32,000 bases of DNA from Coprobacillaceae bacterium (GTDB taxonomy: Bacteria > Bacillota_I > Bacilli_A > Erysipelotrichales > Coprobacillaceae). Under the pieces are notes generated by a model. That model did no database searches and was not told where the DNA came from. It worked only from the letters and a program-made list of their open reading frames with translations. The position numbers and the translations under genes were made by a program. The stretch is from the NCBI GenBank assembly GCA_963675515.1, contig OY776328.1, positions 930,001 through 962,000 of the forward strand, in the 5' to 3' direction. Shown here piece after piece: positions 5,246 to 14,680 of the stretch. How positions within the stretch are numbered: the first letter of the stretch is position 1; every line of letters starts with the position of its first letter.

Positions 5246-7051
5246 TTATTTCTGTCTTTGGATTCCTTTTTTAAGTTCTTTGATTTCTTTGGCCGTCAGT
5301 TGGCGCAAATATTTGGGCAGGTCCTTGTTGTATGGTAATAGCTTTCTGATTTCGACCTCATCACTTGGATCGATGCTTGGTAATCTTTCCAATACGTACT
5401 CCATGTACATGTATGCTGACAACCCATTCTCTTCGGCACTAAGTAGTAACGAGTAAATGATTGCCGCAGCTTGGGCTCCTTTGGGGCTGGTATAGAACTT
5501 GCAGCGATTTCTAGATACCACAAATGGTCTGATAACTCTCTCGGCGCTTGAATTGTCGAACGGAACTTTTGGATTATTGAATACTTCACGGAATTCCTTC
5601 TCATGGTTCAATTCGTAATTAATTGCCTTGATCAACGTAGGTTTCATATTCACTTCAGGTAGCAAGATTATTTCTTTAAGGTACGCTAAAAAATTGTCAT
5701 AAATAGGCTTTACGATATCATTTCGGCCCTTATGAACATACTCAAAATATTTAACTGGATTTTTGCAGTGTTTTGACTTAGCGGTCGTTTCAATCTTGTT
5801 TTTTGCTTCGAATATTTTCTGGTAATAACGATAGCACGTATATTCGTAACTTTTGCTTTTATCACTACCTTTTGGCAATACCTCAAGGGCTTTACGGAAA
5901 TAACGGAAGGCGTGGACGTGGCAAAAACAGTTGGTGACATTATCAAGGGCCTCGTAGGCCCCATATGCATCGGTTACCAGGTAGTTCGAATAATCTCCGA
6001 TGAAATCTTCGACAACACGTTTTGAGCGAGTGGGATCATAACGATATAAGATGATCGGCACATCATATTGGCAGGTTCTTACCACCCACATGTAGGATTT
6101 ACTTTGAGCCGTCTTGCCCTCTTCATTTAAAATTTGGGTCGTGGTTTCGTCGCAGTGTATCACATTCATGGCCAACAGATCCTTGCGCATGCATTCGAAC
6201 AGTAAACCCAGATGTACCGAGGCTTTAATCATCCAATTGGCCATATTTTGTCTAGGGATGACAACATCATTCTCCAGGAATCGTTTTTCCTGAGCGGCCA
6301 GGGGCAAACCCTTCAAATATTTCATATCCATTATATTCGCAATCAGCGAAGGTGAAGCAATGCTCCCCTTGATGACAGGTTGTCTGCCCGGAACTCTTTT
6401 ATAAGATGACTTGCCGTCCAGGTTATGTTCCTGGCAAGCAACACATTCGTATACTGGAGTACGGTATATATTCATTTCCACTTTGGCTGGGGTATAGACG
6501 AGTTCCTTTCTTTCATCGTACTTTTTTATTTTCATGGTTGTACCACAAAGGTCGCAGACATCGAAATTTTCTGGTGTCGGCTCGTCAATGATATTGGTTT
6601 TTAGGTGATCGTAGTTAATGTGCTTTTCTTTAGGGATTCTTACTTTTCTTTTGTACCCTTTGATTTCCTTGACTTCTATTTCTTCAGTCTCAGTTACCAC
6701 ACCAAAATCGATACCAATCAGACTGAAAAGGTCGGGACCTTGATTGTATTCTTTTATATTATTTCTCTGAGAGGAATATCGGGCGTTTTCTAATATCTTG
6801 ATATATTCGTTTTTCTGTTGCAGTTCCAATTTGCGTTCGTTGATTTCACTAATCAGCTTCTTATTTTCGGCGATCAAAGTCTTTTCTTTAGCAGTGAATT
6901 TCTTTTCTTTGGCAGCCAACAACTCATTTTCTTTGATAAGTTTAACTTTTGAAATACGGTCGGATTCGATTTTCTCACAAAGCTCTTTTTCTCTATTTTT
7001 GAAAGCAGCAATCAGCTCTTCTTTAGACATATTTTCCATCAGCTTTATCAT
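5246..7051 (-). CDS. tnpC: IS66-family transposase TnpC
   Basis: Has an N-terminal coiled coil, a CxxC...CxxC zinc-finger region (CDLCGT...YECVACQ) and an IS66 DDE core (VIHCDETTTQIL...YMWV...). The start was moved to the ATG at 7051 (MIKLMENMSKEE), which follows GAGGTGGA; the track start at 7087 has no SD. Confidence 0.92.
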   Translation of the reverse strand: MIKLMENMSKEELIAAFKNREKELCEKIESDRISKVKLIKENELLAAKEKKFTAKEKTLIAENKKLISEINERKLELQQKNEYIKILENARYSSQRNNIKEYNQGPDLFSLIGIDFGVVTETEEIEVKEIKGYKRKVRIPKEKHINYDHLKTNIIDEPTPENFDVCDLCGTTMKIKKYDERKELVYTPAKVEMNIYRTPVYECVACQEHNLDGKSSYKRVPGRQPVIKGSIASPSLIANIMDMKYLKGLPLAAQEKRFLENDVVIPRQNMANWMIKASVHLGLLFECMRKDLLAMNVIHCDETTTQILNEEGKTAQSKSYMWVVRTCQYDVPIILYRYDPTRSKRVVEDFIGDYSNYLVTDAYGAYEALDNVTNCFCHVHAFRYFRKALEVLPKGSDKSKSYEYTCYRYYQKIFEAKNKIETTAKSKHCKNPVKYFEYVHKGRNDIVKPIYDNFLAYLKEIILLPEVNMKPTLIKAINYELNHEKEFREVFNNPKVPFDNSSAERVIRPFVVSRNRCKFYTSPKGAQAAAIIYSLLLSAEENGLSAYMYMEYVLERLPSIDPSDEVEIRKLLPYNKDLPKYLRQLTAKEIKELKKGIQRQK

Positions 7052-7196
7052 CGAAATCCACCTCGTTTCTCTTTGAGAGTATACCATAAAAATGGCTGTA
7101 AGTCTTGATTTTACGGCAATTTCTTAAAGATGTGAATAACTTAAAAAGATATAAAAGAAACCCACAAATTATTGTGAATTACTCCTATATCTTTCG

Positions 7197-7556
7197 CTAA
7201 ATTATTACTGAAATATCCTTGAACGCCCGCTTTTGTTCAATCTCCAGACCATCAAGCAGCCAGTTTAGCTGCCGCAAGTCAACGGTCATCGAGCTGATCT
7301 CATCTTGGGCCTTGGGCCAATAGAATCGATCAGTGTTCAACAGCTTCTTGGAGTGGATGACAAAACCGTTTTTATCAAACTCCAACATCTTGATTGTCCG
7401 CTTGTTCCGGCTACAAAATATGTAGAGATTATTGGCGGTTGGATCCAGGTAAAGATTGTGGCTCACCATGGCGCTCAATCCCGCATAACTTTTTCTTAAA
7501 TCCGTTGCTCCGGGTACCAGATAGATATTGTCGAAGTCCTCAAATTTAATCTTCAT
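7197..7556 (-). CDS. tnpB: IS66-family accessory protein TnpB
   Basis: YLVPGATDLRKSYAGLSAMV...LYIFCSRNKRTIKMLEFDKNGFVIHSKKL...RFYWP matches the IS66 Orf2 pattern. It overlaps the tnpA stop by 11 nt, the usual coupled arrangement. Confidence 0.9.
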   Translation of the reverse strand: MKIKFEDFDNIYLVPGATDLRKSYAGLSAMVSHNLYLDPTANNLYIFCSRNKRTIKMLEFDKNGFVIHSKKLLNTDRFYWPKAQDEISSMTVDLRQLNWLLDGLEIEQKRAFKDISVII

Positions 7557-7878
7557 CGAGCAACCTGATAAGCTTGGCCAAAGTCACCAAATCCGTTGAA
7601 TCATCAACTTTGATGCAGGCTTTACCGATGACGATTTCAAAACCATCATTCCGGATAGTTGGAACGCAGTCGACTAAGCTAAGTTTTACCAGCGGGCTGT
7701 TGACTTCGTTGGCACATTCGCTTACCCTGGATCTTTTCCGATACGGCTTCGAATATTTGTGGTAGCAAAAGGCATTAAAAGAAACGTCATTGGCTAAGCA
7801 CCATTTCTTGATTGGTAAATCACTATTGGTGGCATCTTCGAAAAACTGATGCCACTGGTCCTGAGAATATTGATTCAT
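7546..7878 (-). CDS. tnpA: IS66-family accessory protein TnpA (Orf1)
   Basis: This is the first gene of the IS66 operon and encodes a small HTH-like protein. The start was set to the ATG at 7878 (MNQYSQDQW), which is preceded by GGAGGTG. Confidence 0.8.
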   Translation of the reverse strand: MNQYSQDQWHQFFEDATNSDLPIKKWCLANDVSFNAFCYHKYSKPYRKRSRVSECANEVNSPLVKLSLVDCVPTIRNDGFEIVIGKACIKVDDSTDLVTLAKLIRLLDED

Positions 7879-8291
7879 ATCACACCTCCAAGTTGATGTG
7901 ATCATTGTATCAACAAAAAGAAAGGAATCCTACCACCGCTCTATTTGGCGCGTACGTAGTATTTATAACCAATAACCACGGCCGTGCCAAGTGCGCGGTC
8001 TTTTACGTATGATGGCGATATCGATTGAAACCTCCTTTCGGTTTAGCTTCTTCGCAATTAGAAGTATGTTTAAAAGCATTGTTTGCCTGATTCGAGCATA
8101 ATTGTTTTTGCTCGACTGATATTAAGGAGTGTAATTTTGGAAAGGAGCGTTTTTCAGTTTTACAGCCAGCAATGATATTTTCAACTTATGAAAAGCGAGA
8201 GAAATCCACTCCAAAGTATTGACCGGGTGTTACTACCGGATGTTAGAGTAATATCATATTCTAGACAAGAAGTCTAACAGGAGGAATTATC

Positions 8292-9131
8292 ATGGAGTAT
8301 GTTATTTTGAACAATGGCGTGAAAATGCCAAAATTGGGTTTTGGAACAATCGGCCAGTCGGGAAAGCAGATAACCGACAACGTCGTTTTCGCGTTGAACA
8401 ACGGCTATGAGCTGATTGACACTGCGAATCGCTATGGCAACGAGGTCGAAGTGAGCGAAGGTTTGAAAAAATCCGGCATCGCCCGCAAGGATATATTTTT
8501 GGAAACGAAACTTGGTCCTACCCTTTATGAAAATGACCAGGCGATTGATGACACATTGAAAAGACTGGGTGTCGATTATATCGATCTGATGCTACTACAT
8601 CATCCGGTAAACAACTACATATACGCATACAAGATGCTGGAAAAAGCCTACAAGGAAGGAAAAATCAGAGCGATCGGGATCTCCAATTTTCCAGTTGAAA
8701 AGCTTCAGGAACTTCTCGATTGTTGTGAAATAGTGCCAGCTGTGATGCAATTGGAATGCCATCCGTATTATCCGGCGGAAGCGGTCAAGTCATTCTGCGA
8801 GCAACATGGCATTGCCTTGCAGTCATGGTATCCTCTGGGACATGGGAATCCGGAGATGCTAGAAGAGCCAGTGTTCAAGGATCTTGCCAACAAATACAAC
8901 AAATCGCCGGTCCAGATCATCCTGAGATGGCATACCCAGATGGGATTCGGCCTGGTGCCGGGGAGCAAATCATTCGACCATATCAAGGACAATGCCGATA
9001 TTTTCGATTTCACCTTGACCGAAGATGAAATGGCAAAAATAGCAACGGTTAATAAACATAAGCCATTCTATCAGGTTACCGAAGAATCATTGAACCGGAT
9101 GGCAACAACAAAATGTAATTTCGAAGATTAG
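8292..9131 (+). CDS. aldo/keto reductase (2,5-diketo-D-gluconate-reductase-like)
   Basis: SD AGGAGG precedes the ATG. AKR motifs are present: LGFGT, ELIDTANRYGNE, ...TKL..., GISNF, LECHPY, QIILRWHTQMGF..PGS. Confidence 0.92.
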   Translation: MEYVILNNGVKMPKLGFGTIGQSGKQITDNVVFALNNGYELIDTANRYGNEVEVSEGLKKSGIARKDIFLETKLGPTLYENDQAIDDTLKRLGVDYIDLMLLHHPVNNYIYAYKMLEKAYKEGKIRAIGISNFPVEKLQELLDCCEIVPAVMQLECHPYYPAEAVKSFCEQHGIALQSWYPLGHGNPEMLEEPVFKDLANKYNKSPVQIILRWHTQMGFGLVPGSKSFDHIKDNADIFDFTLTEDEMAKIATVNKHKPFYQVTEESLNRMATTKCNFED

Positions 9132-9142
9132 GAGAAAAGATA

Positions 9143-10012
9143 ATGGAATATTTGACATTAAGCAACAGTCTGAAAATGCCTGCTTTGGGATTTGGAGTGT
9201 TTCAGGTTCCTGACAAAAAAGAATGTGAGGAATCGGTATATCAGGCAATCAAAGCGGGGTATCGTCTGATCGATACAGCGGCTTCTTATACCAATGAGGA
9301 TGCTGTCGGAACGGCAGTCAAAAGAGCGATCAACGATGGTATCTGTACCAGAGAAGACCTGTTCATTACTTCCAAGATGTGGGTGCAAGACATGGAAAAC
9401 TATGAAATGGCAAAGGCAGCCATCGATGCATCGATTGCAAAAAGCGGTCTGGACTATCTTGACTTGTACCTTTTGCATCAGGCTATGAGAGACTATTTTT
9501 CGGCGTGGCGGGCCATGGAAGACGCATATGAGCAAGGGAAATTGAAAGCAATCGGTGTTTCCAACTTCTACCCAAATATCCTCACGAACTTTTGCGAAAC
9601 GGTAAGGATCAAACCGATGGTCAATCAGGTGGAGCTGCATCCTTATTTCACCCAGGAACAGGCATTGGAAACAATGAAAGAATACAATGTAATTCCCGAG
9701 GCTTGGGCGCCTCTGGGCGGGGGACGCTATAACCCATTCGAAGATGAGATGCTTGTGGCTATCGCAAAGAAATACGATAAAACAGTCGGCCAGGTTCTGC
9801 TTCGTTGGAACATCCAAAGAGGAGTAGTGGTCATCCCAAAATCAACCCGGTTGGAAAGAATTATCGAAAATATCGATGTGTTCGACTTCAGCCTTGATGA
9901 AAATGATATGAGGCAAATATCCACTTTGGACAAGGGGTACACCGGCTCTAGGGCAAAACATTTTGATCCTGATTTTGTCAGAATGTGCCTGGCGAAGAAA
10001 ATTCACGATTAA
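9143..10012 (+). CDS. aldo/keto reductase
   Basis: Lies 11 nt after the previous gene, with SD AGGAG. Motifs present: LGFGVFQ, RLIDTAASYTNE, ITSKMW, GVSNF, VELHPY, QVLLRWNIQRGVVVIPKS. Confidence 0.92.
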   Translation: MEYLTLSNSLKMPALGFGVFQVPDKKECEESVYQAIKAGYRLIDTAASYTNEDAVGTAVKRAINDGICTREDLFITSKMWVQDMENYEMAKAAIDASIAKSGLDYLDLYLLHQAMRDYFSAWRAMEDAYEQGKLKAIGVSNFYPNILTNFCETVRIKPMVNQVELHPYFTQEQALETMKEYNVIPEAWAPLGGGRYNPFEDEMLVAIAKKYDKTVGQVLLRWNIQRGVVVIPKSTRLERIIENIDVFDFSLDENDMRQISTLDKGYTGSRAKHFDPDFVRMCLAKKIHD

Positions 10013-10279
10013 GGACAACTCATTAGACAGATTTTTCCTTGGCGTACCGGAGAACTTATTCTTGCAACTGATATCCGGAGCGACATAAGCAAAATATGAT
10101 TTCAAACTCTCCAACATGTCATAGAGAAGTTAAATACCCCTCCACCTGTTTGGGTCAACAGGAGCTTGACGGAAGTTCTCGATTTTCACCATTAATACCT
10201 GTTTTTGAATCTTGGGGACTTGAATAATTTCAGCCGAATGGATATGATGGTTGTAAGTATCCAGAAAAGAGGGACTAGC

Positions 10280-11161
10280 ATGTTAATAAGTGAAAAACTT
10301 CAGGAATTCGATAATCTGTCGACTTCGGAGAAGGCAGTGGCCAACAAGATTCTTGAGCTTGAAGAAGCAATCAAGGACATGACCGTTCGTGATCTTGCCG
10401 AGGCTTCATTTACGGCGACATCGGCGGTATCAAGGATGGCCAAGAAGCTGGGCTTTGAGAGTTACCTGGAATTCAAGGAAGCATTCATCAAGGAACTTAG
10501 CTATCTCAACAGTCATTTCAGCGACATCGATGCCAATATTCCTTTCACCAAGGATGACAACCTGGCGCGGGTGGCCGGGTCGATGGCCTCGATGTATGAA
10601 CAGACAAGCAAGGATACGCTGGAGCTGGTCGACTATTCCCAGCTGATCCGGGCAATTGACCTGATCGAAAAGTCGGATACGATTCATGTCCTTTGTTATG
10701 GGGTAGGCCAGAATCTAGCCTGGGTATTTGCCGATCGGATGATGCGCATCGGCAAAAAAGTTGTTGTGACCGACAATATCCATACCCAGTTCTATTCCGC
10801 TTATCACAGCGACAAGAGCGACTGTTTCATCGTCATATCCTATACCGGAACGACCCGCAAGATCAGGACTTACGTCGACTACATCAACAAAAACAAGGCC
10901 AAATCGATCCTGATCACCTCAATCGGGGAGAACGACCTGTCCTTGAAGACTGACGTCGTTTTGCGGATGTCGACCCGGGAGAAACTCTACAGCAATATCG
11001 CCAATTTTTCTTCGGCGATTTCGATCATGATGATTTTCGATCTGCTCTATTCGGGTTATTTCCACCGTGACTACGATGGCAACTTCGCCATGAAAAAGCA
11101 GATGGCCCGTGATTATGAGGACTGCCGCACCAGCATATCCGCCTTGATGGATGAGGAATAA
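10280..11161 (+). CDS. MurR/RpiR-family transcriptional regulator (HTH_6 + SIS domain)
   Basis: The track start is TTG 10205. The ATG at 10280 (MLISEKLQEF) follows AGAGGGA. The protein has an N-terminal RpiR HTH (SEKAVANKIL...VRDLAEASFTATSAVSRMAKKLGF) and a C-terminal SIS fold (IHVLCYGVGQN...IVISYTGTT). Confidence 0.9.
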   Translation: MLISEKLQEFDNLSTSEKAVANKILELEEAIKDMTVRDLAEASFTATSAVSRMAKKLGFESYLEFKEAFIKELSYLNSHFSDIDANIPFTKDDNLARVAGSMASMYEQTSKDTLELVDYSQLIRAIDLIEKSDTIHVLCYGVGQNLAWVFADRMMRIGKKVVVTDNIHTQFYSAYHSDKSDCFIVISYTGTTRKIRTYVDYINKNKAKSILITSIGENDLSLKTDVVLRMSTREKLYSNIANFSSAISIMMIFDLLYSGYFHRDYDGNFAMKKQMARDYEDCRTSISALMDEE

Positions 11162-11162
11162 G

Positions 11163-11217
11163 CGCTGTATTCAAATTAGGTTGTATTATGATCCTAATTT
11201 GAATACAGCGTTTTTTT
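11163..11217 (+). terminator. rho-independent terminator
   Basis: 18-bp perfect stem CGCTGTATTCAAATTAGG (11163-11180) pairs with CCTAATTTGAATACAGCG (11193-11210), followed by T7. Confidence 0.85.
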
Positions 11218-11285
11218 ATGCTTCCAAATCATTGTAAGAACATAATTTCTTTGATATTTTATTCACAAAACATAGGAGGAAGACA

Positions 11286-13199
11286 ATGTTCGACAAATTA
11301 TTTGAACCGATGAATATCGGGAAACTGGAAATAAAGAACCGTTTCGTGATGCCGCCGATGGACAGCCACTACACTGACCAGGACCATTACTACACGGAGC
11401 AGGCATATAACTACTATGGTGAGAGAGCCAAAGGCGGTTTCGGACTGATCATCACCGAATATACCTGCGTATCCATCGAGGGACTGGCAAGCAAGACCCA
11501 GGCGGGGATCTATGATGACAAGTTCATCCCTTCCTTGGCGAAACTGACCCAAAGAGTCCATGAGCATCGAGCTAAGATATTCTGCCAGATCCATCATGCG
11601 GGAAGAATCCAGGGCACTGGTACGAGTGATCTGGTCGCAGTTGGGGCAAGTTCGAAACCGGACGCTTCGAAGCTGATCAAGGTCCATGAGCTGACTACAG
11701 CGGAGATTCCTGGCGTGGTCCAGAAGTTCGTCGACGGAGCCATCAGGGCCAAGAAAGCCGGATTCGATGGGGTCGAAGTCCATGGGGCCCACGGTTACCT
11801 GCTAGCCCAGTTCCTTTCAAAGGGGGTAAACAAACGAGTCGACCAATACGGAGGCAACACGACCAACCGCGCTCGAATCGTCTGCGAGATCATCGGGGGA
11901 ATCAAGGGAGCCTGCGGGCAGGATTTCCCGGTAATTGTCCGCTCCAGCGGGGCTGAAGGTTATTATGGGGGCAACACGATCGAGGATGCGGTTGCCCAAG
12001 CGATCCTCTTTGAAAAAGCGGGAGCGGACGGCGTCCACATTTCCCATGGGGTGGCAATCCAGTCTTACTATGTCGATGCGGGATTCAATATCGCCAATGT
12101 CGCCAAAGTCAAGGAAGCCTTGAGCATTCCGGTTATCGGGGTCGGCCGGATCAACGATCCGACTCTGGCGCTGAGCATTGTCGAATCCGGGCAGGCTGAT
12201 TTTGTGGCCCTGGGCCGACAGTCGATCTGCGATCCGCATTTCCCAAGAAAAGTCAAAGAAGGACTTCTTGATGAATTGCTTATCTGTTCTGGTTGCATGC
12301 AAAGATGTCTTTACACCGATAATTTCGAACCTGGATTCGGGACTTCATGCATGATCAATCCCCTCAGTGGTAAAGAAAACATGTGGAAGGTCGAAGCGAC
12401 ACAAAAAGCGAAAAAGATCGCGGTCATCGGCGCCGGACCGGCAGGTCTTCAGGCTACCTGGATCCTGGCCAAACGTGGGCATGATGTCCACCTTTATGAA
12501 AAGGAAGCCAAAGCCGGAGGCCAATATGCCCTGGCAAGCGTTCCAGCGATGAAACAGGATCTCGCCAAAGCGGTATCCACATATCTGGCTTTCAACAACA
12601 AATATGGAACTAAAATCCATTACAATACCATGGCGACAGCAGAACTGCTTGACTCGCAGCAATTCGATGAAATTGTTATCGCAACCGGTTCAGTGCCGGT
12701 TGTGCCACGGATCCCGGGTATCGACGGTGGCAATGTCGTCCTGGCTAGTGACATTCTTTCGTTCGAAAAGATGTATTCGAACCAGAATATCCTTGTCCTT
12801 GGGGGCGGTCTGGTCGGAGCGGAAACTGGCGAGTTGCTTGGTGAATACAACAACAAGGTAGCGATTGTCGACATGGTTGACAAAATCGCACCACTGGCAC
12901 CAAAGCGCCCGCGCATGAACCTGGTTGAACATCTCGAGCATCTCGGGGTCGAGTTCTACCTTGAAAGCAAGGTGCTGGCAATCAATTCAGATGGCATCGA
13001 TTATGAACACAACGGGCAAAGTGCAACGCTAAGCGGATATGACACGATTGTCCTGGCATTCGGTTCAAGGGCCAACAACGCTCTGGGTGATGCTTTGAAA
13101 CTGACCCATGGCAATGTCCACATCATCGGCGATGCCTTCCAGGCCCGCGACGCCCAGAAGGCGATTTTCGAAGCGACCAAGCTGGCAATCGAGCTGTAA
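11286..13199 (+). CDS. NADH:flavin oxidoreductase of the OYE / 2,4-dienoyl-CoA reductase (FadH-like) type, 637 aa
   Basis: SD AGGAGGAAG precedes the ATG. An OYE-type TIM barrel (VMPPMDS, HGAHGYLLAQFLS) is followed by a Cys cluster (CSGCMQRC...SC) for a 4Fe-4S centre. GxGxxG motifs (IAVIGAGPAGLQA, VLGGGLVGAE) indicate the FAD/NAD(P) domains. Confidence 0.92.
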   Translation: MFDKLFEPMNIGKLEIKNRFVMPPMDSHYTDQDHYYTEQAYNYYGERAKGGFGLIITEYTCVSIEGLASKTQAGIYDDKFIPSLAKLTQRVHEHRAKIFCQIHHAGRIQGTGTSDLVAVGASSKPDASKLIKVHELTTAEIPGVVQKFVDGAIRAKKAGFDGVEVHGAHGYLLAQFLSKGVNKRVDQYGGNTTNRARIVCEIIGGIKGACGQDFPVIVRSSGAEGYYGGNTIEDAVAQAILFEKAGADGVHISHGVAIQSYYVDAGFNIANVAKVKEALSIPVIGVGRINDPTLALSIVESGQADFVALGRQSICDPHFPRKVKEGLLDELLICSGCMQRCLYTDNFEPGFGTSCMINPLSGKENMWKVEATQKAKKIAVIGAGPAGLQATWILAKRGHDVHLYEKEAKAGGQYALASVPAMKQDLAKAVSTYLAFNNKYGTKIHYNTMATAELLDSQQFDEIVIATGSVPVVPRIPGIDGGNVVLASDILSFEKMYSNQNILVLGGGLVGAETGELLGEYNNKVAIVDMVDKIAPLAPKRPRMNLVEHLEHLGVEFYLESKVLAINSDGIDYEHNGQSATLSGYDTIVLAFGSRANNALGDALKLTHGNVHIIGDAFQARDAQKAIFEATKLAIEL

Positions 13200-13248
13200 A
13201 ATAAATATGAATTGGCAAAGAATCTTATTTTAAAGATAGTGATCCCAT

Positions 13249-13277
13249 TTGTACTATTGTGGATGAGGGAGTATAAT
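13249..13277 (+). promoter_or_regulatory. sigma-70-type promoter candidate for the flavodoxin operon
   Basis: TTGTAC (13249-13254), a 17-nt spacer, then TATAAT (13272-13277), about 70 nt upstream of the ATG at 13346. Confidence 0.5.
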
Positions 13278-13345
13278 TAGCTTAGATAAAGCAATCATTA
13301 TAAATTCCCCGATCTATCAATGAATCTTGAAAGGAGATTATCATT

Positions 13346-13834
13346 ATGAGTAAGATTCTGATCGCTTATTTTTCGGCTACCGGTCACACGGCAAGACTTG
13401 CCGATACGCTGGCCAAGGCTATTGACGGTGAACTTCATGAAATCAAGCCGATGGTTCCATATTCGAAAACCGATCTGAACTGGAACGACATGCAAAGCCG
13501 GGCCAATCTGGAAATGCAGGACGCCCTGGCGAGACCGGAAATCGAAAATCCGCTGGATGACATCGAGCAGTACGATGTCATCTTCGTCGGTTTCCCGATC
13601 TGGTGGTATGTGGCACCGCGCATCATCCAGACATTTCTGGAAACATACGATTTTTCCAACAAGACCGTTGTCCCTTTTGCAACCTCGGGAGGCAGCGACA
13701 TCGGCAATACGATCGATATTCTTAAACCTTCGTGCGATAAAACGACTATCTGGAAACCGGGCAAATGCCTGAGGTCATTCTCCGACCAGGCAATGCTTGG
13801 CAACTGGGTGGAATCGTTGAACATCTCCGGCTGA
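13346..13834 (+). CDS. flavodoxin
   Basis: SD AAAGGAG precedes the ATG. It has an N-terminal FMN phosphate-binding loop (ILIAYFSATGHT), FVGFPIWWY and PFATSGGS. Confidence 0.9.
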   Translation: MSKILIAYFSATGHTARLADTLAKAIDGELHEIKPMVPYSKTDLNWNDMQSRANLEMQDALARPEIENPLDDIEQYDVIFVGFPIWWYVAPRIIQTFLETYDFSNKTVVPFATSGGSDIGNTIDILKPSCDKTTIWKPGKCLRSFSDQAMLGNWVESLNISG

Positions 13835-13840
13835 GTTGTT

Positions 13841-14512
13841 ATGGCAGACTATCGTGATACCAACGCCTACTCAAGTCTTTTAGCCAAGGTACCAATTGAA
13901 ATCCTGGTGCAAGAGGCGATTGCAACTCCCGGCCTGCTTGAGCAATATCTCGAAATCATCAACAACGACAAGAGCTCTATCAAGTTCGCCGCCGAGAAAG
14001 TTATCCGGCTGGTCAGTGAAAGTGTTCCGGAACTGGTCTATCCCTATTTCAAACAGATTGCATCTTTGATCGACAGTAAAAACAGCTTCATCAAGTGGGG
14101 TGCGATCATAACCATCTCCAATCTCGTTGCAGTCGATCAACAGGAGCTATTTCTTAATATCTTCGAACAATATTTTGCCATGTTAGACGATAATAAAATG
14201 GTTACCGCCGCCAATGTTGCCGGCAATGCCTGGAAGATAGCGTTGCGTTATCCTGATCTCGAACCGGACATCACCAGCCGGCTGATCAAGGCCGCAGGCA
14301 ACATTTTCCATCATAAAGGCGAACCTTCGCCCGAGTGCAATAATGTCATGTGCGGCCATTTGATCGACTGTTTTGACCATTATTTCGAACACTCGAAAAG
14401 GCAGGCGGAAATAATTGCGTTTTTGACTAGGCAACAGCATAATCCAAGAAAAAAAGTTGCCACAAAAGCCAAGGCGTTTTTGAAAAATAATCGGAGTGGG
14501 CCCCCGAAATAG
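13841..14512 (+). CDS. HEAT/ARM-like repeat protein, function unknown
   Basis: Starts 6 nt after the flavodoxin stop, so the two are probably translationally coupled. It is helical-repeat-like throughout with a basic C-terminal tail. No specific family was recognised. Confidence 0.65.
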   Translation: MADYRDTNAYSSLLAKVPIEILVQEAIATPGLLEQYLEIINNDKSSIKFAAEKVIRLVSESVPELVYPYFKQIASLIDSKNSFIKWGAIITISNLVAVDQQELFLNIFEQYFAMLDDNKMVTAANVAGNAWKIALRYPDLEPDITSRLIKAAGNIFHHKGEPSPECNNVMCGHLIDCFDHYFEHSKRQAEIIAFLTRQQHNPRKKVATKAKAFLKNNRSGPPK

Positions 14513-14530
14513 GAGAAGATATGTATGATA

Positions 14531-14560
14531 AACCAGCATGGATTTGATTGCTGGTTTTTT
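14531..14560 (+). terminator. rho-independent terminator
   Basis: AACCAGCA (14531-14538) pairs with TGCTGGTT (14549-14556), followed by a T run. Confidence 0.75.
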
Positions 14561-14622
14561 GTTTGCCACCGATCACACACCAGATAATATCCGGGGGTTC
14601 CAATGATACTTCAAACAAGCGG

Positions 14623-14651
14623 TTGCATTTTGGGGTGATGCGTATCATAAT
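14623..14651 (+). promoter_or_regulatory. promoter candidate for the LysR gene
   Basis: TTGCAT (14623-14628), a 17-nt spacer, then CATAAT (14646-14651). Confidence 0.45.
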
Positions 14652-14680
14652 TGTAGTTGGATAGAATGGGGGGGATTGTC

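Larger units (their letters stand above)
5182..7955 (-). mobile_element. complete IS66-family insertion sequence (2774 bp)
   Basis: TIRs are GTAAGCGTCAAATAGAGCGGTGG (5182-5204) and the reverse complement of 7933-7955, GTACGCGCCAAATAGAGCGGTGG; 21/23 are identical, with the GTAAGCG-type end typical of IS66. It has a perfect 8-bp target duplication GTAGTATT (5174-5181 and 7956-7963) and carries tnpA-tnpB-tnpC. Confidence 0.92.

Noticed and set aside
7197-7556. Whether the IS66 TnpB could be an RNA-guided TnpB nuclease (an OMEGA system).
   Set aside because: The name is a coincidence. This 119-aa protein has the IS66 Orf2 pattern, not the ~400-aa RuvC-containing TnpB of IS200/IS605, and no omega-RNA-like region is adjacent.
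9158-9817. 219-aa minus-strand ORF. Many other 60-165-aa ORFs overlap the AKR, OYE, flavodoxin, LysR, GH1, PTS, GH43, AraC, GH35-like, DUF4038 and IS110 genes, for example 11298..11792, 14611..15021, 19829..20242, 22388..22777, 25275..25718, 27486..27974 and 30223..30609.
   Set aside because: These are shadow ORFs in moderately GC-rich coding DNA. Each overlaps a gene with strong motif support, and none has a family signature or a convincing ribosome-binding site.
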